The notes beneath the pieces were generated by a model. The model saw nothing but the letters and a program-made list of their open reading frames with translations. It did not search any database and was not told the DNA's origin. A program made the position numbers and the translations under genes. 64,000 nucleotides of DNA from the human T2T-CHM13v2.0 reference genome, Homo sapiens: the NCBI RefSeq assembly GCF_009914755.1, contig NC_060931.1; one strand, 5' to 3'. Numbering within the stretch: position 1 is the first letter of the stretch; the number at the start of each line of letters is the position of its first letter. Below are positions 36,890 to 50,794 of this stretch, piece after piece.

Positions 36890-37385
36890 GTGGTAAAATA
36901 CACATAACATCTTAATCATTTGAAGTGTACAGTTCACTGGTATTAAATATATTCATAATGCTGCGCAACCGTCACCACCATTCATCTCTGTAACTCTTTT
37001 CATCTTGTAAAACTAATATTCATACTATTAAACAATAACTCCACATTCCCCTCTCCCTTAAATCCCTGACAACAACCATTATACTTTCTATCTATATAAT
37101 ATTGACTACTTTAAGTAACTCATATAAGTGGACTCATACAGTATTTGTCTTTTTGTGATTGGTTTATTTCACTTAGAATAATGTCTTCAAGATTCATCCA
37201 TGTTGTAGCATGTGTCAGCAATTCCTTCTCTTTGAAGAGTACATAGTATTCTGGTGTGTGTATATATACATTTTGCTTATTTATTCATCTGGCAATGGAC
37301 TCTTGAGTTGTTTCCATGTTTTAGCTATTGTGAATAATGCTGCTATGAACATGAGTGTACAAACATCTCTTTAAGAACCTGTTTT
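36890..37385 (-). mobile_element. L1MB-like 3' end
   Basis: ggtaaaatacacataacat...gattcatccatgttgtagcatgtgtcag. Confidence 0.75.
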
Positions 37386-37490
37386 CAATTGTAATTATAT
37401 TCTAATATCAGAAAAAATAGACTTTAAGTAAAAAATTTAAAAAGGTTATAAGAGACAAAGAAGGATCTATAAATCCAAAGAATATATATA

Positions 37491-37676
37491 GGATATATAT
37501 ATGATCCATATATTATATATAGGATATATATATGATCCATATATTATATATAGGATATATATATGATCCATATATTATATATAGGATATATATATGATCC
37601 ATATATTATATATAGGATATATATATGATCCATATATTATATATAGGATATATATATGATCCATATATTATATATA
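37491..37676. repeat. Minisatellite, 6 perfect copies of a 31-bp unit
   Basis: ggatatatatatgatccatatattatatata starting at 37491, 37522, 37553, 37584, 37615, 37646. Confidence 0.95.
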
Positions 37677-37713
37677 GGATTTATATATATCCTTCTTTGT
37701 CTCTTATACATAA

Positions 37714-37971
<258 letters not shown>

Positions 37972-39169
37972 TAGGAAAGGTCTAGTGGTAATGAACTCCC
38001 CCAACTTTTGTTTAATTTCTCAGTCATTTTTTTTCCTTTGTATGAGTCATACCTTCCTGTTTATTCGTATGTCATGTGTTTGTTTGTTTTTGTCAAAAAC
38101 TAGACATTTGAATCTAATATTGTTGTAAATCTAGAAATCAGATTCTCCCCCTTAGCCAGGTTTTGCTGGTTTTTTTTTTTAATTGTATTTGCTTGTTGTG
38201 GTTTTCTTTTTAATTGTAATAGGCTGTCTCTGTGCCAAGGATCAGCCTAAGGTATAAACTTAAGGTCTTCTCACAACTTTTCTGATCCTGTGTCTTTCCC
38301 TGGGCATATATGATCACCTTTTAATTTTCCCCATATGTGCAGTTGTTTCTGTGTGTCCTAGTTTTTAAAGTCTGGCTTCCAAAAGGGGAAAATGAGAAAA
38401 CTTTGATGAAAAAAGAAAAATGTCACTGGCCCTTAATATCCCCTGGAAGTCACTTCAGTTGGAGAGGAAGGGCTGGCAACAATTAGGGAAGGTGTAACAG
38501 CAATGGCTGCCTAACTCTTTGCACCTCTAAGCTCAGAAGCATCCATCAATAATCAGAACACAGATCACTGATATCTGGGGGACAGAGTTATTTTTGCCAA
38601 CCTTGCCTCCTATAAACTGTATGCAAGTTGCTCCAGGGAAACATGCACAACTGCCTGCTACGGGCTATGTGTAGAGGATGCTAATTGCTGCTGTGCTAAG
38701 AGCTGAATGTGATTGAAATTAATGTAATTTACCATCCACCCTTCCTCTAGAAGTTGCAAACCTTTAATAGAATCCAGAGTTCCAAAATAGTTACAACAGA
38801 CAGATTATGGCAGTCAACTTTTGTCTGGACCCGGAGACAGATTCCTGGAGCTTACTACTTCACCATCTTCAAGAATCCTCTCTTGTCTTTGACTTTTCAA
38901 ATTTGATTATAATGTGTCCTGACTTTTGACAGTTTTATTATAATGTGTCTCTTTGGATTTATTTTCTTTAGAGATTTTTGAGCTTCTTGGATGTATATAT
39001 CCATGTCTTTCCTCGTATTTGGGACACTTTTAGCTATTACTTCTTCAGATAATCTCTCTGCTCTCTTCTCTCTTCTTTTTCTGTCTTTGTGAGAAAAAAA
39101 AATTGTGAAAATTGGTATTTTTGGCCCCCTTTATATTTATATTGTTTCACTTGATGGTTTCCCATTGTC

Positions 39170-39500
39170 CCTTATGCTCATAACAGAATAGCTGAGACTG
39201 GGTACTTTATCATGAACAGAAATGCATTGGCTCACAGTTCCAGAAGCTGTGAAGTCCATTATCAAAATTGCTAGCATCTGGTGAGGGCTTTCCAGCTGAG
39301 TCATCACATGACAGAAGGCAAGAGGGTGAGAGAGCAAAAGGAGGATGAACTTACCCTTTCATAAGGGCCCCCATGCCACCCTTGAGGGCAGAGCCCTGCA
39401 GCTAATCACCTCTTAAAGGCCCTACCCTCTTAATACTGTTACAATGCAAATTAAATTTCAATATGAGTTTCAGAGGGAACAAACATTCAAATCATATAGG
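39170..39500 (-). mobile_element. MST-type MaLR LTR (partial)
   Basis: ataacagaatagctgagactggg...aacaaacattcaaatcata. Confidence 0.75.
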
Positions 39501-40277
39501 TATCTCATCACAGCTTTTTCTCAGAGGCTTAGATTTCTATTGTATTCCTCTGCCGGTAATCTCTTGTCCCCAGGTGTCCATTGGTCTGCAATCTCCCTGC
39601 ATTTTTCTTGCACTATAGCACCCACCACTTCCTTTCATGGCTTTCATCCTTAGAAACAACCTATGCTGTTTTACTCCACCTGAGCATTGAGTCAGGTGAG
39701 ACCAAAACCAGCACCTGGAGCAGCTCAAAGACCAGAATGTTACAAAGAAGTTTTGTTATGCTCCTTCCATTTTGAGGGAAGGAACAAGGAATTGGTCCAG
39801 GTGACACCAGGGAGATATTGGGGCTAGAGCAAGTAAAAAATGCCATGAAATTTGCTAGTGTTTTGAATGTGGTTTTTTCTTGATTGGATATCACTTTGTT
39901 TCTATGATCTTTGGTTTCCTGAAGGCCAGTAAAGACATTTTAGTAAGTATGTCCTTGTTTATTTGATGTTTCCATAGGAAAAACAAGATCTACAGCTTCC
40001 CAGTCCACCATCTTGCTGACATTACCCTTTATAAATTAATTTTATATGCAGAGTGAGCTAGGCAGCAAAATTTACTTTATATATTGATTTCTAGTTATTC
40101 TAGAACCATTTATTTGAAATATATTTTACTTTCCAGTGCTGGCCTTGATTAGTTGTCAAATGCATAAATTGACCGTGCATGTGTGGATCTATTTCTGGAC
40201 TCTGTATTCTATGCCATTATTCTTCTTGTCTTCCATTATGCCAATATCACACTGTCCCCATGACCGTAGCTGTGTAA

Positions 40278-40492
40278 CATTATTTCTCAACTGCAGAGTA
40301 ATTTTGCCCTCCCTGTACATTAGGCAATGACTGCAGACATTTTTGGTTGTTGAACTGAGTGGGAGGTGCTTTTGGCACCTGTATGTAAAGGCCAGGGATG
40401 TTGTTAAACATCATGTAATACAGAGGACAGCTCTGACACACACATGCACAAAATTATCTGGCCAAAATATCTGTGCTAAGGTTGAGATATTT
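40278..40492. mobile_element. MER20 (hAT-Charlie) relic
   Basis: tttctcaac...gacatttttggttgt...aggccagggatgttgttaaacatc...aaggttgaga. Confidence 0.75.
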
Positions 40493-40609
40493 CATTATAT
40501 ATTAAGTCTTAAAAATCAAGTAGTGTAAGTCTTTGGTTCTCTTTTCAATACAATTTTGTCTATTTAAGTAGCTTTTCCTTTTCCTTTGAATTTTAGAATC
40601 AACTTGTCA

Positions 40610-40918
<309 letters not shown>

Positions 40919-41250
40919 TTATCAGTTTCTATAAAAATGTCTTTTGTTAATGTGCTTAAGATTATAATTGGGAATTATATTAAATCTACAGATTAATTTG
41001 GAAAGATTTTATATTTTATCAATATTGAGTATTCCTATCCATAAACATGGTATATCTCTTCAACTTTTTAATATAACATCTTTGTGAGAAAAAAAGTTTG
41101 TGAAAATTGGTATTTTATTTTATTTAGATGTTTTTAACGAAGTCACCAGTGAATCAATCTGATATAGCACTTTTGTGTATGGGAAGGTTTCAAATTATAC
41201 ATTATAATTTTAAATACATTATAAGAATGATCAGATTTTGCTTTTCTCTT

Positions 41251-43533
41251 TGGTTTGGCTTTGTATCCCGCACCCCCCAATCTCACCTTATACTCTCATA
41301 ATTCCCATGTGTGTGCAAGGGACCCAGTGGGAGATAATTGAATCATGGGAGTGGGTCTTTCCCATGTTACTCTTGTGATAGTCAATAAGTCGCATGAGAT
41401 CTGATGGTTTTAAAAACAGGAGTTTCCCTGCACAAGTGCTCTCTCTTTGCCTGCTGCCATCCATGTAAGGTGTGACTTGTTCCTCCTTGCCTTCCACCAG
41501 GATTGTGAGGCCTCCCCAGCCACATGGAACTGTAAGCCCATTAAAATTCCTTCTTTTGTAAATTGCCCAGTTTTGGGTATCTCTTTATCAGCAGCATGAA
41601 GATGGACTAACACAGTAAATTGGTACCAGGAGTGGGGTGTTGCTGAAAAGATACTTTAAAATATGGAAGCAACTTTGGAACCGGGTAACAGGCAGAGGCT
41701 GGAACAGTTTGGAGGGCTTGTAAGAGGACAGGAAAATGTGGGAAAGTTTGGAACTCCCTAGAGACTTGTTGAATGGTGTTGACCAAAATGCTATGATATG
41801 GACAATGAAATCCAGTCTGAGGTGCCCTCAGATGGAGATGAAAAACTTGTTGGGAACTGGAGCAAAGGTGACCCTTGGTTATGTTTTAGCAAAGAGAATG
41901 GCAGCATTTTACCCCTGCCCTAGAGATCTGTGGAACTTTGAACTTGAGAGAGATGATTTAAGGTATCTGGCAGAAGAAATTTGTAAGCAGTAAAGAATTC
42001 AACATGTGACTTGGGTGCTGTTAAAGGCATTCAGTTTTAAAAGGGAAAAAGAGCATAAAAGTTTGGAAATGTGCAGCCTGACAATGCGATAAGAAAGAAA
42101 ATCCCATTTTCTAAGGAAACATTAAAGCTGCCTGCAGATATTTGCGTAAGTAACAAGGAGCCAAATGTTAATCATCAAGACAATGGGGAAAATGTCTCCA
42201 GGGCATGTCAGAGACCTTTGCAGTAGCCCATTTCATCACAGGCCCAAAACCTAGGAGGAAAAAATGGTTTCATTGGTTGGGCCCAGGGTCCCTCTGCTGT
42301 GTACAGTCTAGGGACTTGGTGGCCTGTGTCCCAGCTGCTCCAGCCATGACTAAAAGGGTCCAAGCTACATCTTGGGCCATGGCTTCAGAGGGTGCCAGCC
42401 TCAAGCATTGGCAGCTTCCACAGAGTGTTGAGCCTGTGGGTGGACAGAAGTCAAAAACTGGGGTTTGGGAACCTCTGCCTAGGTTTTAGAAGATGTATGG
42501 AAACCCCTGAATGTCCAGGCAGAAGTTTGCTGCAGGGGTGGGGCACTCATGGAGAACCTCTGCTAGAGCAGTGCAGAAGGGAAATATTGGAGCCCCCACA
42601 CAGAGTCCCTGCTGGGGCACTGCCTAGTGGAGCTGTCAGAAGAGGGCCCCATCCTCCAGACCCCAGAATGGAAGATCCACTGACAATTTGCACTGTGCAA
42701 CTGGAAAAGCTGCAGACACTCAACACAAGACTGTGAAGGCAGCTGGAAGGGAGGCTCTACTCTGCAAAGCCACAGAGACAGAGCTGCCCAAGACCATGGG
42801 AATCTACCTCTTGCATCAGTGTGACCTGAGTTTGAGACATGGAGTCAAAGGATATCATTTTGGAGCTTTAAGATTTGTCTGCCCAGCTGGATTTCAGATT
42901 TGCATGGTGCCTGTAGCCCCTTTGTTTTGGCCAATTTCTCCCATTTGAAATAGCTGTATTGACCCAATGCCTGTACCCTCATTGTATCTAGGAAGTAACT
43001 AACTCACTTTTGATTTTACAGGCTCATAAGTGGAAGGGACTTTTCTTGTCTCAGATGAGACTTTGGACTGTGGACTTTGGAGTTAATACTGAAATGAGTT
43101 AAGACTTTGGGGGACTGTTGGGAAGGCATGATTGGTTTAGAAATGTGAAGACATCAAATTTGGGACAGGCCGGGGGCAGAATTATATGGTTTGGCTTTGT
43201 GTCTGCACCCAAAACTCATCTTGTAGCTCCCATAATTCCCACGTGTTGTGCAAGGGACCTGGTGGGAGATAATTACATAATGGTGGCAGGTCTTTCCCAT
43301 GCTATTCTCATGGTAGTGAGATCTGATGGTCTTAAAAACAGGAGTTTCCCTGAAAAAGCTCTCTCTCTTTGTTGCCATCCATGTAGAACATGACTTGTTC
43401 CTCTCTGCCTTCAATCATCATTGTGAGGCCTCCCCAGCCACATGGAACTGTTAAGTCCGTTAATCCTCTTTCTTTTGTAAATTGCCCAGTTTTAGGTATG
43501 TCTTGATCAGCAGCATGAAAACAGACTAAAACA
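41251..43533 (+). mobile_element. Complete THE1 (THE1B/C-like) MaLR element: LTR 41251-41614, internal 41615-43181, LTR 43182-43533
   Basis: Two homologous LTRs ending cagcagcatgaa...gactaa(c/a)aca; internal begins gtaaattggtacca and contains MWESLELPRDLLNG; purine tract before the 3' LTR. Confidence 0.93.
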
Positions 43534-45390
43534 AGTCAGTTTTGCAAAGTTGTGTTTTACAAGAAATTCTTCCATTTCATTTGTTTAATGTATTCATTCA
43601 AGTTGTTATTTATAGTCTCTTTTTTACCTTTTTTGATGTCTGTAGCATCTGTAAGAGTACTTTTATAACTAATACTGGCAATTAGCATCTTCTCTTTTTT
43701 GTCTAGCTAGAGGTAATTTACTAATCTTTCAACTTTTGGTTTTGTTAATATTCCTGTTATCTATTGCATTGATTCTGCTCTGATCTTTATTATTCCTTTC
43801 TTCTACATATTTCAGGTTTAATTTTTTCTTCTTCAGTTTTTGAATAGTAGCTGCTTGAAGCATTGATTGTAAACTTTCCTTGTTTTCTGATACAATTACT
43901 TAAAGCTATAAATTTTTCTCTAAATTCTGTTTTGTCTGCATTCTGAATATTTTCATATGTTTTCTTTCAATTATCATTTAGTTTGAAACATTTTTAAATT
44001 TCTCTAGTGCTTTCTTTTTTGATTCATGTTATTTTTAAGTATATTTTTAGTTCCCAAATATTGTAGACTTTCCTTTGTATTCTGTTATTTTAAAAGTAAC
44101 TTTATTGAAGTACAATTTGCATATTATAAAAATTATCCTCTTAAGTGTATAATTCTTTAGGAAACTTCTAAGTTGTACAATTCTTACCATAATCTAGTTT
44201 AAAAATATTTTATTCTGTTTATCAGTTGGATAATTTCTACTGATGTGTCTTCAATTTTACTAATCCAATAATTTTTCATCTTCCAACTGCTACTAAACTC
44301 ACAGTTTTTTTTAAATTTTAGTTATTAGCCTTTACATTTCTAGAATTCTACTTGGTTTGTCTTTATAGTTTCTACTTCTCTGTTGATAGTTCCCATTTAT
44401 TTATTCTTTGTGACTATCTTTATGCTCTTAAGCATATTCATGTAATGTATATGTAACATAACAATATTATACATATACATTTATGTAATAACATCATTGC
44501 TAATTTTAACAGGTAGCTCATCTTGATAACTTTTTATTATCTACTTTTTCTCTTGTCAGTGGTTATATTTTCATGTTTCTTCTCATTTCTATTAATTTTT
44601 ATTATGTCTTAGGTGTTTTGGAGATGTGTTGTAGAGACTCTAGGTTTTCTTATTTTGAAGAGCCTTGATTTTGTTCTCACAAATAGTCTAATGAACTTGT
44701 GGAAGTTTGATTTTTTACTTTGTTAGGGTGGTTTACTTTGAGTTTGTTCTTAGGTTTATGAAAAATTCATAGTCCAGGGACATAGTCGTTACTCCTAAGA
44801 AGTGGCCATTTCAGTGGAAAACAAAATGTGCTTACTAATCTCCTCTAACTTTGAACTTTGCATAGTTCAAACTCAAAACTCTGTTTCCCATGGACTGAGT
44901 AGAAGTTAAAATTTCTATTCATCATTTTTAGTCGTTAAGGTGTTTCTTTTCATCAGGTTCTTTGTAGTCAAGCCCCTGGTTTGTGCCACTTAAGAGTGGA
45001 CCCTTTGGGAAATGTGTGTGCATATTTGGGGGTGTCTCCTCTATGCCTCTTTCTTTTCTGAAATATCATCTCTCAGTTTCCAGCTACTCTACAACCTGGA
45101 ACTTCATGCTTTGATCCTGAAAACCAATAAGACTGCTTAATTTTTTAGCCACCTTAGCTAGAGGTCTTGGAAGTGCCCTGGGGGAAAACTCCTATAAATA
45201 AATTTCTTACTCAACACATTTCTGTTCTTTAAAGAGCCAAATCCCCTTCAGTTTCTGCCTACTTCTCCCCTCCCATTTCCTCTCCAATGACTTCAAATCA
45301 TTGTTTTACAATTTTTTTTCTAGAGTTTATAATTTTATCTAATGAGTATGAGTTCAATAAAATTTACTCTCATTACTGAAATAAGAATGC
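43534..45390 (-). mobile_element. Ancient L1M fragments
   Basis: T-rich antisense L1 motifs. Confidence 0.55.
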
Positions 45391-45572
45391 CTGCTGTATT
45401 CTTATTCCTGGTTCATATGAAGGGTATTATAGTACTGAAATTGTATTCATGCTGGAGAAATGGTGAAATTCTTTGAAATGGGCAAAAAAAGATTGCTGAA
45501 CCCTCTGTCTAGTGGACTCTGCCTAGTTAGCTGTCTGTATCTTTCATTATGTTTTGAACTATTTTATAACTA

Positions 45573-46116
<544 letters not shown>

Positions 46117-46835
46117 TTATATTTGTATGAGAAGTATAATTTTACCTTTTAAAAAGTTATCTTCTAACTCTATCAAAACCATAAGTCTTAAACATAACTC
46201 AGTTTGCCAATGAAAATTTGCTTTTAATATTGCTACCACTGAAATGTGGATCACTACATAGGGTTCCTTAAATTTACCCAAAGGCTCCCAGGTTGTAGAT
46301 TAAGTTTAAAACCCTCACAAACATCACATACAAATGCATCACATACCAAAATATTTTGAAGTAAACTACTACACAGACTTTACCAGATAGATCAGCACAG
46401 ACTTTTAACAGAAGGGCATAAAGAAAGGTTAAGTTTAAGCTTATGGGAGATAATTAAGGATCATTTTCAACCATTATCTGGTTGAAGATACAAACATGGT
46501 CTGTTTTAATATCAAATCACTCTTAATTTCAACATATCAACATAGAAGAAACCACATTAGATAGCTATCTCACAAGACCCATGGCTATTAATCATCTTTT
46601 TAGCAACTATCCAGCAAAAGTGTAGCATCTTGTTCTTTTGAATTATGTGAATTAGTTTGTCAAGGTTATAGCACAACTATTTCATTTAGCATGATGACAC
46701 AAATGAAGTATGCAGTCATATAATGCTATTTTCCTTGTAATCACGGTGTTAAATGGTCTTCGTGATTTACCTACAGCCAATTGAATGATGCATTTTCAAA
46801 GACTTTGCTTTATAAAATCAAAAAATCACAACGGT

Positions 46836-47981
46836 TTCCAATTTTTTTTTTCAATCTTTTTCCATTTAAAAGTAAACTTCACTGTTGAAGATGCAAACTT
46901 GGGGAGGGCAGAAAGATCACACACAAGGCTGCCACTTCACACCTGGAGGGTGACATGGCAGCAGGACAGAGGCACTCTTCACTTCCCAGATGGTGCAGCT
47001 GCAAGGCAGAGCCGCTCTGCACTTCCCAGACAGTGGAGCCGCGGGGCAGAGGGGCTCCTACTTCCCAGACGGTGTGGCGGTGGGGCAGAGGCCCTCCTCA
47101 CTTCGGAGATGGTGGGGCGGCCGGGCAGAGGCGCTCTTCACTTTCCAGAGGGTGTGGCGGCCAGGCAAAGGTGCTCCGCACTTCACAGACGGTGGGGTGG
47201 CTAGGCAGAGATGCTCCTCACTTCCAAGATGGTGGGGCGGCCCTGCAGAGGTGCTCCTCACTTCCCGGAGAGTGCCGCGGCAGGGCAAGGTGCTCCTCAC
47301 TTCCCAGAGAGTGCGGCGGCAGGGCGGAGGCGCTCCTCAGTTCCCGGAGAGTGCGGCGGCCGGGCGGAGGCGCTCCTCACTTCCCGGAGAGTGCGGCGGC
47401 AGGGCAGAGGCGCTCCTCACTTCCCAGACGGTGGGGCGGCGGGGCAGAGGTACTCCTCACTTCCTTTTTTGTTTGTTTGTTTTTGACACGGAGTCTTGCT
47501 CTGTTGCCCAGGCTGGAGTGCAGTGGCACGATCTCAGCTCACTGCAAGCTCAGGTGCTCCTCACTTCCAAGATGGTGGGGTAGCTGGGCAGAGGCGCTCC
47601 TCACTTCGCAGAAGGTGCTGCAGCCTGAGAGAGGCCCTCCTCACTCCCCAGTGGGGCAGCCAGGCAGAGGCACCCCTCACTTCCCAGACAGTGTGGCGGT
47701 GGGCAGAGGCGCTCCTCACTTCCCAGAGGGTGGGGCGGCCAGGCAGAGGCGCTCCTCACTTCCCGGACGGTGGGGCGGCCAGGCAGAGGCGCTCCTCACT
47801 TCCCGGACAGTGTGGCGGCTGGTAGAAGCCTCCTCACTTCCCAGACGGTTGGGCCGCTGGGAGAGGCACTCCTCACTTCCCAGACGGTGCGGCCACCGGT
47901 GGAGGTGCTCCTCACTTCCAAGACGGTGGGGTGGCCGGGCAGAGGCACTGCTCACTTCCCAGACCATGGGGCGGCCGGGCC
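46836..47981 (-). mobile_element. SVA2-type element: GC-rich VNTR (~38-40-bp units) plus unique 3' segment; no SINE-R or hexamer
   Basis: About 25 units of gcagaggcgctcctcacttcccagacggtggggcggcc; unique part aaaagtaaacttc...gcaaacttggggagggcagaaagatcacacacaaggctgccacttcacac. Confidence 0.8.
47465..47551 (-). mobile_element. 5'-truncated AluY-like 3' fragment inside the VNTR
   Basis: Poly-T/gttt tail then gacacggagtcttgctctg...ctcactgcaagctc (gcaagctc is AluY-type). Confidence 0.85.
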
Positions 47982-48519
47982 AAAGGTATTTTTATATGGA
48001 ACTATTTGTTCAGTTTATTTTCAGCAAAATAGACTATTTAGTGGACTAGTCAATTATCTAGGGCCAGGAAAATGAGGATGAGAACTGCTAAAACCATCTG
48101 TTAATGTCCACAAACACCCTGAAATCCAGAAACAAGTCTTTTTGTCCCAAATCAGAACTAAAAATATATTCCCTGTCCTAAAATAAAGAAATAAAAGAAG
48201 AAGCAAATGTATTCATTGCAATCTACCTATACTAGGTACAAAATAAAAGCAAAGTATTTGGACAGTCTCATTCCTTTCTTATGAGAGCCAAAATAAAATA
48301 ATAAAATTAATTTAAAAGGCAACCTTAGCTAAAACCTGAATGCAATATTTTGTTTTTTAAATCCTTCAAAAATTGGAGAAAATAGACTACCATTGGGCTG
48401 GATGAAATAAATTTGAGAATAAGTACATATCTCTGAGACTTGCTCTAAATCTGTAAATGAACTAATTAATTAATTAAATGGAAATAAATCAATCAAAGAA
48501 GGCTAGCCCAGTGATGCTA

Positions 48520-48909
<390 letters not shown>

Positions 48910-49035
48910 TTAATAAGCAAACCCCATATGCTTAGAAAACTAACATACTGAGACTTACAAGAGCTCAGCTTATCATTTGCCCATTTGTAAGTATTAGATA
49001 AGAGGGGTAACAAAAAGTGTGTATCACAATCATCA

Positions 49036-49447
<412 letters not shown>

Positions 49448-49940
49448 CTATAACTGTAGCTTAGGGCCTCAAAGCATTGGTATCAGATTGATTGCTTTGA
49501 CATCTGAGAAACGCAAACTAACAAGGCAATTAAATTAGAAGGCTGGCTGTTTTCACCAATTTATCAGGGACTTAGGAGGTGGCTGAAAGCTCTCAAGGAG
49601 CTTTGTAGAACCTCTTATATGGTGGCAAATGTGGGGGAACATGATCAACAGTTGAACAGCTTAGCAGGGAACTTCCTTTCAACTTCCTTCTTCATGGAAA
49701 GGCAAAGAGTTTGCTGTGAAAGAACAAAATCACTGCTTTTCCTTCCCCCAACACAAGCATTATTTGGAGCTTATAACATTTGTCTTTATTTACTTTTCCC
49801 TAAAAAAAAAACATTGTTGAAATGTCCCTTTGGATATTCTAGTAAAACTACAACCATAGTAACAAAATATCCTGCCTTTCAATAGCATACAGCCGTCAGG
49901 CAACCAGTAAATATAATATTGATATTTAGCAGATCTGTTT

Positions 49941-50050
49941 GTAGGGTTGTCAGATTAAGCAAATAAAAATATATGATGCTCAGTTTAAAGTGCATTTCAG
50001 ATAAACAACATCTTTTATATAAATATATCCAATGCAATATTTGCTTGACT
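49941..50050. mobile_element. MER53 (hAT) fragment
   Basis: agggttgtcagattaagcaaataaaaata...tttcagataaacaac. Confidence 0.65.
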
Positions 50051-50470
50051 AAAAGAATCATTCTGAGCCCTGACTTTGCCAACTTCTATGCAGCTTAGGA
50101 AACTTAGGTATGGAAAACCAGCTTTATGTTAGTAAGAATAGCCTCCAGTTCTAGGCCTAAGTAAAAATAGGGGTTATATGCCTCATTCTCCAGGGGAAAT
50201 AGAAAGTAGCTTCTTGGGGAAAAGATTGCCTAGCCTCTTGGTAACAAGTCAGAAAAACCATAGTTGGTCACTCACTCCTCAGAGAGTAGAGCCTCTATAG
50301 CAATTCACTTCCAAAGCCTAAAACTGAAGTGGAAATTGAGAGGAGAGAGGCCTTTTAGGACAGTAGTCTTCAAATATTTTTATTAATGTGCTCTCTAAAA
50401 GAATGTTTTAAAATGATATACTCTCTTGAATATTTTTAAATGATGCCTTAAATTGTATAAAAAATTTTAA

Positions 50471-50570
50471 GCATGTATACTATAAAGGATACATTTTCAG
50501 TGTATCCTTTAGAGTATACATGTATACTGTAAAGGATACATTTTCAGTATATCGTTTATAGTATACATGC
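50471..50570. repeat. Tandemly duplicated (47-bp period) palindrome
   Basis: catgtatactataaaggataca-ttttcag-tgtatcctttagagtatacatg, present twice. Confidence 0.9.
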
Positions 50571-50794
50571 CATACACACACAAACAAACACATATTATAT
50601 ATAATATAGTTTATAACCTAGCTTATTGAAGATTTTTACTAAAATTGGCTTATGGAGCATATACATTTCAAATAACTATTAAATCAAAAAGACTAAATTT
50701 TAAAATGTTAGAATTTTTTTCTAAATATCAGAATATTTTAGTGTTTGTAAGACTATGCGTGATTTTTTCCATCAACGTTGCTGTATTTTATAAA

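Noticed and set aside
37491-37676. CRISPR-like 31-bp repeats
   Set aside because: Contiguous tandem units without spacers in primate DNA; a minisatellite.
41736-43414. ORFs in the THE1 internal region
   Set aside because: Fragmented remnants of the MaLR internal ORF.
46829-47990. Possible SVA2 TSD caacggt / caaaggt
   Set aside because: Too short and mismatched to support.
46955-48049. 364-aa ORF and overlapping ORFs
   Set aside because: By-product of the stop-poor GC-rich VNTR plus an Alu fragment; repetitive peptide with no domain.
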